Shown here one piece after another: positions 32,835 through 42,677 of a DNA stretch of 64,000 nt (position 1 is the first letter of the stretch; every line of letters begins with the position of its first letter). The DNA is taken from NCBI GenBank assembly GCA_963727485.1, contig CAVSGM010000002.1, positions 1,184,001 to 1,248,000 on the forward strand, given 5' to 3'. The position numbers were made by a program, and so were the translations under genes. Source of the stretch: an uncultured delta proteobacterium (GTDB taxonomy: Bacteria; Myxococcota; Myxococcia; SLRQ01). The notes under the pieces were generated by a model. That model saw nothing but the letters and a program-made list of their open reading frames with translations. It was not told where the DNA came from and did no database searches.

Positions 32835-33551
32835 CTACCCCCGCCTGTCGATGGACCCGAGCATCCCCGCGTGGGCGTCCAGGGCGCTGACCGTCCCGGC
32901 CCAGTCGATGCTCCCCACGCCGTTGACCCGGAGCCGCGCCCGGCCCCCACCGAGGGTCAGGTGGGCCGCCCCGGCGCCGTCCACGGTGACCTCGGCGTCG
33001 GTGGCCGTGAGGCCCTCGGCGTCGACGCCGCCGGTCCCGTTGAGGGCCACCGTGAGCCGCGCGGCCTTGCCGGCGAGGACGATGTCCGCGGCGCCGTCGA
33101 GCTCGACCTTCAGCCGGCCGGCGGTGCCCGTGTAGTGCACCGAGCCGGCGCCGTTGACCCGGAGCTTCAGGTCGTGGACCGCCTTGCCGCCGTGGATGGT
33201 CACCTGGGCGGCGGAGTCGATGGTGAGGGCCTCGAGCCGCTTCACCGTGCAGGTGAGGCCGGCGCCCCGGTGGAGGTTCACCCCGTGGTGGGGCCCGATG
33301 ACGGTGAGGGTGCCACCGTCGACCTCGGTCTTCACCAGCGCCTGGAGGTTGTCGTCGACGGTGAGGCTGCAGGCGGTGTGGTCGCCCTCGGTGAAGGTGG
33401 CGTCCACCGGGAAGACCAGGCGCACCCGGGTGAAGTCCGCAACCTTGCGGGCCTCGGTGGTGCGGTGCCCGCTGCCGGTGACCGAGGCGTGGGCGGGCGC
33501 GGCGACGGCGAGGCAGGCGAGGAGGGCGAGACCGAAGAGCGAGCGGGACAT
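32835..33551 (-). CDS. DUF2807 (GIN-domain) beta-helix protein
   Basis: SVTGSGHRTTEARKVADFTRV...VDDNLQALVKTEVDGGTL; GAG repeats. Confidence 0.85.
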   Translation of the reverse strand: MSRSLFGLALLACLAVAAPAHASVTGSGHRTTEARKVADFTRVRLVFPVDATFTEGDHTACSLTVDDNLQALVKTEVDGGTLTVIGPHHGVNLHRGAGLTCTVKRLEALTIDSAAQVTIHGGKAVHDLKLRVNGAGSVHYTGTAGRLKVELDGAADIVLAGKAARLTVALNGTGGVDAEGLTATDAEVTVDGAGAAHLTLGGGRARLRVNGVGSIDWAGTVSALDAHAGMLGSIDRRG

Positions 33552-33617
33552 GGCGAGGCTCCTCCGGGCGGGACGCCCGGGCAGGCGGAAGCAAGCGGGC
33601 CGGCGCGACGCCGGCCG

Positions 33618-34362
33618 TCAGGAACGATGGGTGACCGAGCCGGACCCGGAGACCGAGACGTCCTCGATTCTGGGTGTGCCCGGTCCAGCTGACGTCGCCG
33701 GAGCCCGAGGTGTGGAAGCTCGAGCGGCCGCCCTCGAGGTGGAGGTGCACGTCGCCGGAGCCGGAGGTGGCCACGTCGGCGCCCTTTGCGACGAGGTGCC
33801 CGCCGTCCACGTCCCCGGAGCCGGAGGTGGCGATGGTGAGATGCCCGGCGGCACCGCGGAGGGTGGCGTCGCCGGAGCCCGAGAGGTTCACGTCGAGGTC
33901 GCCTGCGGCGCCGGCGGTGAGATCGAGCGCGCCGCTCCCGGAGCTGGTCAGCGACAACGGCGCGCCCGCGGAGCCCACCTCGACGGTGGCGTCCCCGGAG
34001 CCGCTGGTGACGAGGCCCCGGAGCTTCGGCAGGGTGACGACCGCCTTCGAGCCCCGGGAGAAGCCCAGGCTCCCCTGGCGGGTGCCGAGGACCAGGGTCT
34101 GGCCGTGGACCTCGGCGGTGACGTAGCCCTGGAGGTTCTCGTCGGCGGTCACCTGGCAGGAGAACGCCGGGCCCTCGCGGACGTCGGCGTCGAGGCCGCC
34201 GTCGAGGCGCACCCGGGTGAAGCCCGTCACCTGCCGGGTGGTGGTGGTGAGCTGGCCGTTGCCGGGGATGGCGTTGGCGATGACGATGACGCAGCCGGGG
34301 GTCGCCGAGAGGGCGAGACCGGCGACGGCCACGAGGACGAAGGTGAGGGCCCGGCGGATCAT
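33618..34362 (-). CDS. DUF2807 (GIN-domain) lipoprotein; frameshift near 33680
   Basis: IPGNGQLTTTTRQVTGFTRV...ADENLQ, many SGSGD repeats; C-terminus PRIEDVSVSGSGSVTHRS* is in a shifted frame. Confidence 0.85.
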
Positions 34363-34433
34363 CGGTCACCTCCCGCCTGGTGCCGCCACAGCGGCTTGGA
34401 ATGAAAGGGGAATCCGGATGGGACGCGGCGCAT
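34359..34433 (-). CDS. Putative 24-aa leader ORF (MRRVPSGFPFHSKPLWRHQAGGDR) coupled to the DUF2807 gene
   Basis: RBS AGGAG 7 nt before the ATG; its stop overlaps the next ATG as ATGA. Confidence 0.45.
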   Translation of the reverse strand: MRRVPSGFPFHSKPLWRHQAGGDR

Positions 34434-34457
34434 GGCGAGGCTCCTGTCCCGGTGCCC

Positions 34458-34483
34458 TACGCGCCGGAACCCGGGCCATTTCA
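34458..34483 (-). promoter_or_regulatory. ECF (SigW-like) promoter
   Basis: TGAAAT-N16-CGTA, against the SigW consensus TGAAAC-N16-CGTA; 12 nt upstream of the leader ORF RBS. Confidence 0.6.
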
Positions 34484-34592
34484 CGGCGCCTCGCCCGGGG
34501 CCGGGGGACGCATGAGGGATCCCCCTGCTACCCTGGGGGCCGGCGCCGCCCTATCTCGGGCGCCACGGGCCCGTCCCGGGGGAGGTCACAAG

Positions 34593-36351
34593 ATGGTGCG
34601 GCACGGTCTCATCGGATTGCTCTGCGTGCTCCTGGTCACCGGCTGCGCCACGAGCGTGCCCCCGGCCGCCGGGGACGGAGGCGGCGTGACCGACGCAGGC
34701 CGCCAGGATGGCGGGGTCACCGACGCCGGCGTGACCGACGGCGGGACACCCGACGCGGGCACCCCCGACGCCGGCGTGACCGACGGCGGGGCGACCGACG
34801 CGGGCACTCCCGACGCCGGCGTGACCGACGGCGGGGCGACCGACGCGGGCACCCCCGACGCCGGTGTGACCGACGGCGGGACGACGGACGCAGGCACCCC
34901 CGACGCCGGCGCCCCCGACGGCGGCACGACCGGCGCCGCCACCTCGGTCCTCGAGCACCACAACGACCCGGCGCGCGACGGGGTCTACGTGGTCCAGAGC
35001 CTCACCCACGCCGTCGCCGGCACCCTCCACCTCGACGCCGCCTTCCACGCCACCGTCACAGGGCGACGTCCGGGCCCAGCCCCTCTACCTCACCGCCGCC
35101 AGCGGGAGCGGCGGCCCGGACCTCCTGCTGGTCGCCACCGAGGAGAACGTGGTCTACGGCCTCAACGCCGCCACCGGGACGGTGGTCTGGTCGAAGACCC
35201 TGGGCGCCCCCACCCCGCGCAGCGACCTCCCCTGCGGGAACATCGACCCCCTGGGCGTCACCGGCACCCCCATCGTCGACCCCGCCACCCGGACCCTCTA
35301 CCTCGACGGGATGATCGACGTCTCGGGCGTCCCCCACCACCGGGTCTTCGCCCTCGACGCCGACACCGGCGCCATCCGGGCCGGCTGGCCGGTGGACGTG
35401 GACACCGCGGTCAGCGGCTTCAGCTCCCCGGTCCAGAACGAGCGCGGGGCCCTGGCGCTGCTCGGCGGCGTCGTCTACGTGCCCTACGGCGGCCACTACG
35501 GCGACTGCGGCGACTACCACGGCTGGGTGGTGGGCATCTCCACGAGCGACCCCACCCAGGTCAAGGCCTGGGCCACCCCCGCCCGGGGCGGCGGGATGTG
35601 GGCGGTGGGCGGCATCGCCGTGGGCGGGACGCACCTCTACGCGGCCACCGGCAACACCTTCGGCGTGACCACCTGGTCCGGGGGCGAGGCCATCCTCCGC
35701 CTCGGCGCCGGCCCCACCTTCGGGAACACCGCCGCCGACTACTTCGCCCCCACCAACTGGCACCAGCTCGACTCGGGCGACGTGGACATCGGCGGCTCGG
35801 GCCCGGTGCTCTTCGACGACCCCGCCTCGACCCCCAGCCACCTCACCATCGCCCTGGGGAAGAACGGCGTGGCCTACCTCCTCGACCGGGACGCCCTCGG
35901 GGGCGTCGGCGGCGAGCTCGCCCAGAAGACCGTGGCCAGCGACCAGATCATCCAGGCCGCCACCGCCTACCACACCGCCCAGGGCACCTACGTCGCCTTC
36001 CGGGGCACCGGCGTCGGCTGCCCGGGCGGCCAGTACGGGAGCCTCACGGCCCTGAAGATCGCCTCCGGGAGCCCGCCGTCGTTCAACGTGGCCTGGTGCG
36101 CGCCGTCCGGGGGCCGGGGCTCGCCGATCTTCACCACCACCGGCGGCGGCGCCGATCCCATCGTGTGGATTGTCGGCGCCGAGGGCGACGAGCGCCTCCA
36201 CGGCTACGACGGCGACACCGGCGCGGTGGTCTACGACGGCGGCGGGGCCGGCGACGCCATGGGCACCGTGCACCGGTTCCAGACCCCCATCGTCGCCGGG
36301 GGGCGGATCTACGTGGGGGGCAACGGCGCGGTCTACGCCTTCCGGCCGTGA
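34593..36351 (+). CDS. Lipoprotein with a D(A/G)G repeat linker and PQQ-like beta-propeller; frameshift near 35062
   Basis: Lipobox VTGC; SVLEHHNDPARDG; GDVRAQPLY restored by removing one G; VYGLNAATGTVVW, GVTGTP, QNERGAL, FQTPIVAGGRIYV. Confidence 0.85.
34674..34930 (+). repeat. Coding tandem repeat, 15-bp units with a higher-order 45-bp period
   Basis: gacgccggcgtgacc / gacggcggggcgacc / gacgcgggcaccccc, encoding DAGVT-DGGAT-DAGTP about three to four times. Confidence 0.9.
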
Positions 36352-36394
36352 GCCGGAGGGCGCCCGCGGCCACGGCGGCAAGGGGCGCGGGCGA

Positions 36395-37423
36395 TCACGG
36401 CTGCGGCGGGTCCTGCTTCAGGTAGTCCACCGCCGCGGCGAGCTCGTTGGGCGTGAGGTAGGGGAGCACCGGCATCTTCCAGCCGCCCGGGGGGCCCATC
36501 ATCCCGTGGCCGCCCCTCATGCCCCGGCCGCGGCCCATCATGCCGCGTCCGCCCATCCTCCCCCGGCCGCCCCGGCCCCGGCCGCCGCCCATCCTCCCCG
36601 CCGGGATCCCCGAGCGGACCTTCTCCACCACCTGGCGCAGATCGTAGTCGCGGGCGAAGCTCGCAAGCGACGGCACCCCGCCGCCCATCGCCACCCCGTG
36701 GCCCCCGGGGCCGGTGGCGCCGTGGCAGATGTGGCAGGTGCCCTTCACCAGGTGCTCGCCCACGCGCACCGGGGGCTCGGAGAGGGTCACGGGCATCCGC
36801 GACACCGGCCCCACCAGGCGCTGGAGGTGATCGATGAGGGCGTCGACCTCGGCCTGGTCGAGGTGGGCGAAGGCGGGCATCCGCTTGCCCCCGTCGTGGA
36901 GGCGCTTGACGATGATCGCCCGGGCCTGGTCGGCCATCTGCTGGTACATGGCGTCGGGGAGGGTGTGGCCCGACTTCGCCAGGCGCTGCTTCATCAGCTC
37001 GGGCCGGGTCGCCTCCACCGGGCCGATGAGCGAGTTGATCCCCGCGCCGGGCGCCCCCTTGCCGTCGGGGCCGTGGCAGCCCTGGCAGTCGATCCGGTAG
37101 AGGTCGGCGCCGGTGATCCGGAACGGGCCGGCCAGGGGCTCCCGGGGGGCGACCGCCGCCGGCGGAGGCGCCTCACCGCCCTGGCGGCCCAGCGGGGTGG
37201 TGGCCACGTCCTCCTTCAGGTGCGCCACCCAGCTCGGGCCCTTCGCCGGGGTGACCCCGTCGAGGCCGATCGAGAGGGTCTTGGCCGCCATCCCCGGCAC
37301 CACCTCGGTCTTCGCCGGGGGCGGCGGCACCGTCCCGTGGGCGCCCTCGACCGCCGCCCAGACGATCGCCCCCACCGCCAAGAGCGCCACCCCCGCCACC
37401 GTCGCCCACATCAGCCGCCCCAT
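36395..37423 (-). CDS. Diheme c-type cytochrome, N-terminally anchored
   Basis: CQGCH with MPAF, and CHICH with KMPVL; signal/TM segment; RBS GGAGG before MGRLMW. Confidence 0.88.
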   Translation of the reverse strand: MGRLMWATVAGVALLAVGAIVWAAVEGAHGTVPPPPAKTEVVPGMAAKTLSIGLDGVTPAKGPSWVAHLKEDVATTPLGRQGGEAPPPAAVAPREPLAGPFRITGADLYRIDCQGCHGPDGKGAPGAGINSLIGPVEATRPELMKQRLAKSGHTLPDAMYQQMADQARAIIVKRLHDGGKRMPAFAHLDQAEVDALIDHLQRLVGPVSRMPVTLSEPPVRVGEHLVKGTCHICHGATGPGGHGVAMGGGVPSLASFARDYDLRQVVEKVRSGIPAGRMGGGRGRGGRGRMGGRGMMGRGRGMRGGHGMMGPPGGWKMPVLPYLTPNELAAAVDYLKQDPPQP

Positions 37424-37521
37424 GGGAACCTCCTGCATCGCTCGCACCTCCTCGGGCGCGAACCTAGGCGAGCCGCCGTCCCGGGCAAGCCGACCGGCGG
37501 CCTGTGATAGAGGGAGGAGTC

Positions 37522-38987
37522 ATGGATGTCCTCCGGTTCTTCGTCAATGATCTGCCTGTGGAAGTGCGCGGGCTCTCGCCCAACACCACCCTCCTGGAGT
37601 GGCTGCGGCGCGACGCGAGGCTCACCGGCACCAAGGAGGGCTGCGCCGAGGGGGACTGCGGCGCCTGCACCGTCCTCCTCCTCGACCCGGGCGCCGAGGG
37701 CGGCCCGAAGCTCCGGGCGGTGAACAGCTGCCTGGTGCTCCTGCCCATGGTCGCCGGGCGGCGGATCTGGACCGTGGAGGGCCTCGCCGAGGCCCGGGGC
37801 GACGCCCACCCGGCGCAGCAGGCGATGGTCGAGGCGCTGGGCTCCCAGTGCGGCTACTGCACCCCGGGCGTGGTGATGTCCCTGGCCGAGGCCTGCCACC
37901 GCGACGACCTCGACGCCGAGTGGAAGCTCGAGGACCAGCTCGCGGGGAACCTCTGCCGCTGCACCGGCTACCGGCCCATCCGCGACGCCGCCCAGGAGGT
38001 CGCCGGCACCCGCCCCGACGACGCGTTGGCCCGGGCGCTCGCCGAGGCCCCCGACGACCCCCGCCCCGCCGGCTACCTCGAAGGCGACGACCGCTTCTTC
38101 CTCCCCGAGACCTTCGAGGCCCTCTTCGACCACCTCGAGGCCGACCCCGAGGCGCGCCTGGTCGCCGGCGGCACCGATCTCTCCCTGGAGATCACCAAGG
38201 CCCATCGGCACCTGCCGGCCCTGGTCTCGGTGGAGGCGCTGCCCTCGCTCCGGGAGATCCTGGTCGCCGAGGCCGAGACCCGCTTCGGCGCCGCCCTCCC
38301 GCTCACCGACCTCGAGGCCGCCACCGCCGAGCGCTTCCCCCCATCCACCGGATGCTCCGCTTCTTCGGGGCGCGGCAGATCAAGCACCGGGCGACGATCG
38401 GCGGGAACCTCGCGAACGCCTCGCCCATCGGCGATCTGGCCCCGGTGCTCCTGGCGCTGGGCGCCACCTGTGTGATCCGCGGCCGCGCCGGGCGCCGGGA
38501 GGTGCCCCTGGACCAGTTCTTCCTCGGGTACCGCAAGACCGCCCTCGAGGCCGCCGAGATCCTGGAGGCGGTGCGGGTCCCGACGATCCCCGGCAGCGCC
38601 CGGGCCGCCGCCTACAAGGTGAGCAAGCGCCGGGAGCTCGACATCTCGGCGGTGGCCCTCGGCGCCTACGTGGAGGTGGACGACGCCGGGATCATCACCG
38701 TGGCCCGCCTGGGCTTCGGGGGCCTGGCGGCGACGCCGAAGCGCGCGGCCCACGCCGAGCAGGCCCTGCTGGGGAGCCCCGTCGCCGACCCCGAGAGCTT
38801 CGAGGCCGCCGCCGCGGCCCTGGCCCAGGACTTCGCCCCCATCGACGACCACCGGGCCAGCGCCTGGTACCGGGGCACCGTCGCCGCGAATCTCCTCCGG
38901 GGCTTCGGCCTGGAGATCGCCGAGGCGCGCCTCCCGGAGCTGCCCGGGCGCCCCACGGCCACCGTCCGCCCGGAGGGGATCTCGTGA
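37522..38987 (+). CDS. xdhA: Xanthine dehydrogenase small (2Fe-2S/FAD) subunit; frameshift in a C-run at 38337-38342
   Basis: GTKEGCAEGDCGACTV, SQCGYCTPG, GNLCRCTGYRPI, AGGTDL, ATIGGNLANASPIGD, YKVSKRRELDISAV. Confidence 0.93.
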
Positions 38988-41368
38988 GCCGCAAGACGCC
39001 CCTTGGCGCCGCCCTCACCCACGAGAGCGGCCTCCTCCACGTCACCGGCGCCGCCCGCTACGTCGACGACCTCCCCGAGCCCGCGGGCCTCCTCTTCGGC
39101 CACCCGGTGGTCAGCCCGGTGGCCCACGGGCGCCTCGACGGCGTCGACGCCGCCGCCGCCCTGTCGATGCCCGGGGTCCACGCGGTGCTCACCGCCGCCG
39201 ACGTCCCCGGGGTCAACGACGTCTCCCCCACCTCCGGGGACGAGCCGCTCTTCGCCGAGGACGAGGTCCACTGCGTGGGCCAGGTGGTGGCGCTGGTGGT
39301 CGCCGACTCGCCGGCCCGGGCCCGGGAGGCGGCGGCGGCGGTCGCCCTCTCGATCACCGAGCTGCCGGCGATCCTCGACCTCCCCGCGGCCATCGCCGCC
39401 GGGAGCTTCCTCTGCGATCCCCAGATCATCACCCGGGGCGACCCCGAGGGCGCCCTGGCCCGGGCGCCGGTGGTCGTCGAGGGCGAGCTCGAGACCCCGG
39501 GCCAGGACCACTTCTACCTGGAGACCCAGGCGTCGCTGGTGGTCCCCGGCGAGGGTCGGAGCCTCGAGGTCTTCTCGTCGACCCAGCACCCCTCGGAGGT
39601 CCAGGGCGCGGTCGCCGAGGTCTGTGGCCTCGGCAGGCACCAGGTGGTGTGCACCTGCCCCCGGATGGGCGGGGGCTTCGGGGGCAAGGAGACCCAGGCG
39701 GCGCCCCCGGCGTGCCTTTCGGCCCTGGCCGCCCTCCACACCGGCCGCCCGGTGAAGATCCGCTACGACCGCGACCAGGACATGACCCAGACCGGCGGCC
39801 GCCACCCCTGGTGGTCCCGGTACCGGGCGGGCTTCGACGAGGCGGGCCACCTCCTCGCCCTCGAGGTCCACACGGTGTCCAACGGCGGGTGGAGCGCCGA
39901 CCTCTCCAAGGCGGTCCTCCACCGCTGCCTCTTCCACCTCGACAACGCCTACTACCTCCCCGAGGTCCACCTCGAGGGCCGGGTGGCGCGGACCAACCTG
40001 CGCAGCAACACCGCCTTCCGGGGCTTCGGCGGGCCCCAGGGGATGGCGGTGATCGAGGCGGTGATGAACCGCGCCGCCGAGCGCCTCCAGCTCGACCCCG
40101 CCGAGCTCCGCCGCCGCAACTACTACGGCGCCGCGCCGAGGAACCGCACCCCCTACGGCCAGGAGGTGGTCCTCGCCGACAACCGCCTGGCTCGGATCAC
40201 CGCGCACCTGCTGGAGACCAGCGCCTACGCCGAGCGCCGCGCAAAGGTCGACGCCTTCAACCGCGCCCACCGGTGGACGAGGCGGGGCCTGGGGTTCCAG
40301 CCGGTGAAGTTCGGGATCTCGTTCACCACCAGCTTCCTCAACCAGGCCGGGGCGTACCTGTTGCTCTACGCCGACGGCACCGTGCAGCTCAACCACGGCG
40401 GCACCGAGATGGGCCAGGGGCTCTACACCAAGATGCAGGCGGTGTGCGCCGCGGGCCTGGGGGTGCCGCTTTCGGCCATCCGCCACATGCCCACCGCCAC
40501 CGACAAGGTGCCCAACACCTCGGCGACCGCCGCCTCGAGCGGCGCCGACCTCAACGGCCAGGCGGTGGCCGACGCCGCCGCCAAGCTGCAGGGGCGCCTG
40601 CGCCCGGTGGCCGCCGAGCTGCTCGGGCTCTCGGCCGACGCCGCCGACCGGGTGGTCTTCGAGGACGGCCGGGTCTTCGTCGAGGGCGGCGCCGAGACGA
40701 CCTTCGCCGAGGTCTGCGGGAAGGCGTACCTCGACCAGGTGCCCCTCTCGGCCACCGGCTACTACCGCACCCCGGGCATCCACTACGACGAGGCCGCCGG
40801 CCAGGGCGAACCGTTCCACTACTTCGCCTACGGCGCCGCGGTGATCGAGGTCGAGGTGAGCGGGCTCACCGGCGAGCACCGGCTCCGGCGCGTGGACATC
40901 CTCCACGACGTGGGCGAGAGCCTGGTGCCCACCGTCGACCGGGGGCAGATCGAGGGCGGCTTCGTCCAGGGCCTCGGCTGGCTCACCGTCGAGGAGCTCA
41001 AGTGGGACGACGCCGGGCGCCTGCTCACCCACGGGCCCTCGACCTACAAGGTGCCGGCGGTGGGCGAGGCGCCGCTCGACCTCCGGGTGCAGCTTCTGCC
41101 CCAGGCGGCGCAGCCCGGGGTGATCCACGGGAGCAAGGCGGTGGGCGAGCCGCCGTTCATGCTCGCCCTGGGGGCGGTGACCGCCCTGCGCCACGCGGTG
41201 GGGAGCTTCGGGGCCCCGGGGCAGGAGGTGCCGCTTTCGGTGCCCGCGACCCCGGAGGCGGTGCTCCGGGCGGTGGAGGCGCTGCGCTCGGGGGCCGCCG
41301 ATCGAGCCCCGGGCGAGGGGGTCGACCCGGTCGCTGGCCCGGGCGATGGGGACCAGGTTGGCACATGA
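38984..41368 (+). CDS. xdhB: Xanthine dehydrogenase molybdopterin-binding subunit
   Basis: HESGLLHVTG, QDHFYLETQ, RMGGGFGGKET, AFRGFGGPQG, GGTEMGQGL, SKAVGEPP. Confidence 0.96.
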   Translation: MSRKTPLGAALTHESGLLHVTGAARYVDDLPEPAGLLFGHPVVSPVAHGRLDGVDAAAALSMPGVHAVLTAADVPGVNDVSPTSGDEPLFAEDEVHCVGQVVALVVADSPARAREAAAAVALSITELPAILDLPAAIAAGSFLCDPQIITRGDPEGALARAPVVVEGELETPGQDHFYLETQASLVVPGEGRSLEVFSSTQHPSEVQGAVAEVCGLGRHQVVCTCPRMGGGFGGKETQAAPPACLSALAALHTGRPVKIRYDRDQDMTQTGGRHPWWSRYRAGFDEAGHLLALEVHTVSNGGWSADLSKAVLHRCLFHLDNAYYLPEVHLEGRVARTNLRSNTAFRGFGGPQGMAVIEAVMNRAAERLQLDPAELRRRNYYGAAPRNRTPYGQEVVLADNRLARITAHLLETSAYAERRAKVDAFNRAHRWTRRGLGFQPVKFGISFTTSFLNQAGAYLLLYADGTVQLNHGGTEMGQGLYTKMQAVCAAGLGVPLSAIRHMPTATDKVPNTSATAASSGADLNGQAVADAAAKLQGRLRPVAAELLGLSADAADRVVFEDGRVFVEGGAETTFAEVCGKAYLDQVPLSATGYYRTPGIHYDEAAGQGEPFHYFAYGAAVIEVEVSGLTGEHRLRRVDILHDVGESLVPTVDRGQIEGGFVQGLGWLTVEELKWDDAGRLLTHGPSTYKVPAVGEAPLDLRVQLLPQAAQPGVIHGSKAVGEPPFMLALGAVTALRHAVGSFGAPGQEVPLSVPATPEAVLRAVEALRSGAADRAPGEGVDPVAGPGDGDQVGT

Positions 41369-41396
41369 GTAGCTGGAAAGTGGGTTTCTTGGCTTT

Positions 41397-41437
41397 TTGA
41401 CCACTTCATGGCTGATTTTCAGCCACCCGGTGGTCAA
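41397..41437. promoter_or_regulatory. Nested inverted repeat in an AT-richer intergenic patch (operator or hairpin)
   Basis: TTGACCAC-ttca-TGGCTGA-tt-TCAGCCA-cccg-GTGGTCAA, with a central run of Ts. Confidence 0.55.
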
Positions 41438-41445
41438 CAACAGCC

Positions 41446-41775
41446 ATGGCCCACCGCACCGTCGCCCGGTTGTTGTCGCGACGCCTGGCCCACCTCCTCG
41501 CCCAGGCGCCCGTCGTCGTCCTCACCGGCGCCCGACAGGTCGGGAAGAGCACCCTGGTCCTCGAGACCCCGGAGGGCGAGGTCGCGGGGGTCGAGGTGAA
41601 GGCGGCGGCCACGGTGACCTCGGCGGACTTCAAGGGTCTGCGCTCCCTCGCCGAGGACGTCGGGGACAGACTTCGCGCCGGGATCGTGCTCTACACCGGT
41701 GAAGCGGTCGTGCCCTTCGGCCCCAGGCTCCATGCCGTGCCCCTGTCCCTGCTCTGGGGCGCACCGCCTCCTTGA
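41446..41775 (+). pseudogene. Internally deleted AAA_14-DUF4143 ATPase/nuclease mini-gene (in-frame N+C fusion)
   Basis: PVVVLTGARQVGKSTLV (Walker A) fused directly to LETPEGEVAGVEVKAAATV..ADFKGL...GIVLYTG...PFG..LHAVPLSLLW (DUF4143 C-terminus). Confidence 0.8.
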
Positions 41776-41792
41776 TCCCTAGGGAACCCGCC

Positions 41793-42650
41793 ATGCGCAG
41801 CGGCCGCCCCAGCCAGACCGCGTCGATCATCGCGGTGCTCCGCGCCCTCGCCGACGCCGGGGACATCCCGGTGCCCGGGTTCTCCGATCCCGTGTCCGCC
41901 GGGCTCCTCGGCCCCGGGTGGCGGGGCTTCGGGCGGGTGCTCTCGCGCCGCCTCCGGCGCATGAGGCCGGCGCGGCGGGCAAAGACCCTGGCGCGCCTGT
42001 CGCTGGTGCCCCTGCGGGTGCTCGCCATCGACGCCGAGCTTTTCGAGGCCGTGGCCGCCGGGACCCGCCAGGTGGTGATCCTCGGCGCCGGCCTCGACAC
42101 CCGGGCCTGGCGGATGCCCGCCCTCGATGAGGCCACGGTCTACGAGGTGGACCACCCGGCGAGCCAGCGGTGGAAGCGCGGGCGGGTCGCGCCCCTGGCC
42201 CCCTGCGCCGCGGGCGTGCGCTTCGTCCCCGTGGACTTCGGGACCGATGACCTCGCCACCGCCCTCGACGCCGCCGGCCACGACGCCGCCGCGCCCACCG
42301 TGTGGATCTGGGAGGGCGTGGTCGTCTACCTCAGCGACGCCGCCTTCGACGCGGGCCTCGACGGGATCGCGGCCCGCTCGGCCCCGGGGAGCCGGGCGGT
42401 GATCCAGTACCACGAGCCCGGGCGCCACCGCGGCCAGGACCTGGTGTTCCGGCGGATCATCCTGGGCCTTTTCGGCGAGGCGCAGGTGGGCTTCCGCAGC
42501 CGAAACACCCTGGCCGCCGCCCTCGCCCACCACGGCCTCGAGCTGCTGGGGGACACCGGCGTCGGAGACTGGGCCCGGGCGGTGGGGGCGCCCCCGCCCG
42601 AAGGCGACGAGGCCGAGCGCGCCCGGATCGTCGTCGCCCGGCGCCCCTAG
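41793..42650 (+). CDS. Class I SAM-dependent methyltransferase (LCM/TIGR00027-like)
   Basis: QVVILGAGLDTRAWR, VYEVDHPA, PTVWIWEGVVVYL. Confidence 0.92.
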   Translation: MRSGRPSQTASIIAVLRALADAGDIPVPGFSDPVSAGLLGPGWRGFGRVLSRRLRRMRPARRAKTLARLSLVPLRVLAIDAELFEAVAAGTRQVVILGAGLDTRAWRMPALDEATVYEVDHPASQRWKRGRVAPLAPCAAGVRFVPVDFGTDDLATALDAAGHDAAAPTVWIWEGVVVYLSDAAFDAGLDGIAARSAPGSRAVIQYHEPGRHRGQDLVFRRIILGLFGEAQVGFRSRNTLAAALAHHGLELLGDTGVGDWARAVGAPPPEGDEAERARIVVARRP

Positions 42651-42677
42651 CGGCGGGATCTTCGGTGCCCGGCGCCC

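Noticed and set aside
34674..34930. CRISPR-like repeat array
   Set aside because: The units are contiguous in-frame 15-bp coding repeats with no unique spacers, and there are no cas genes.
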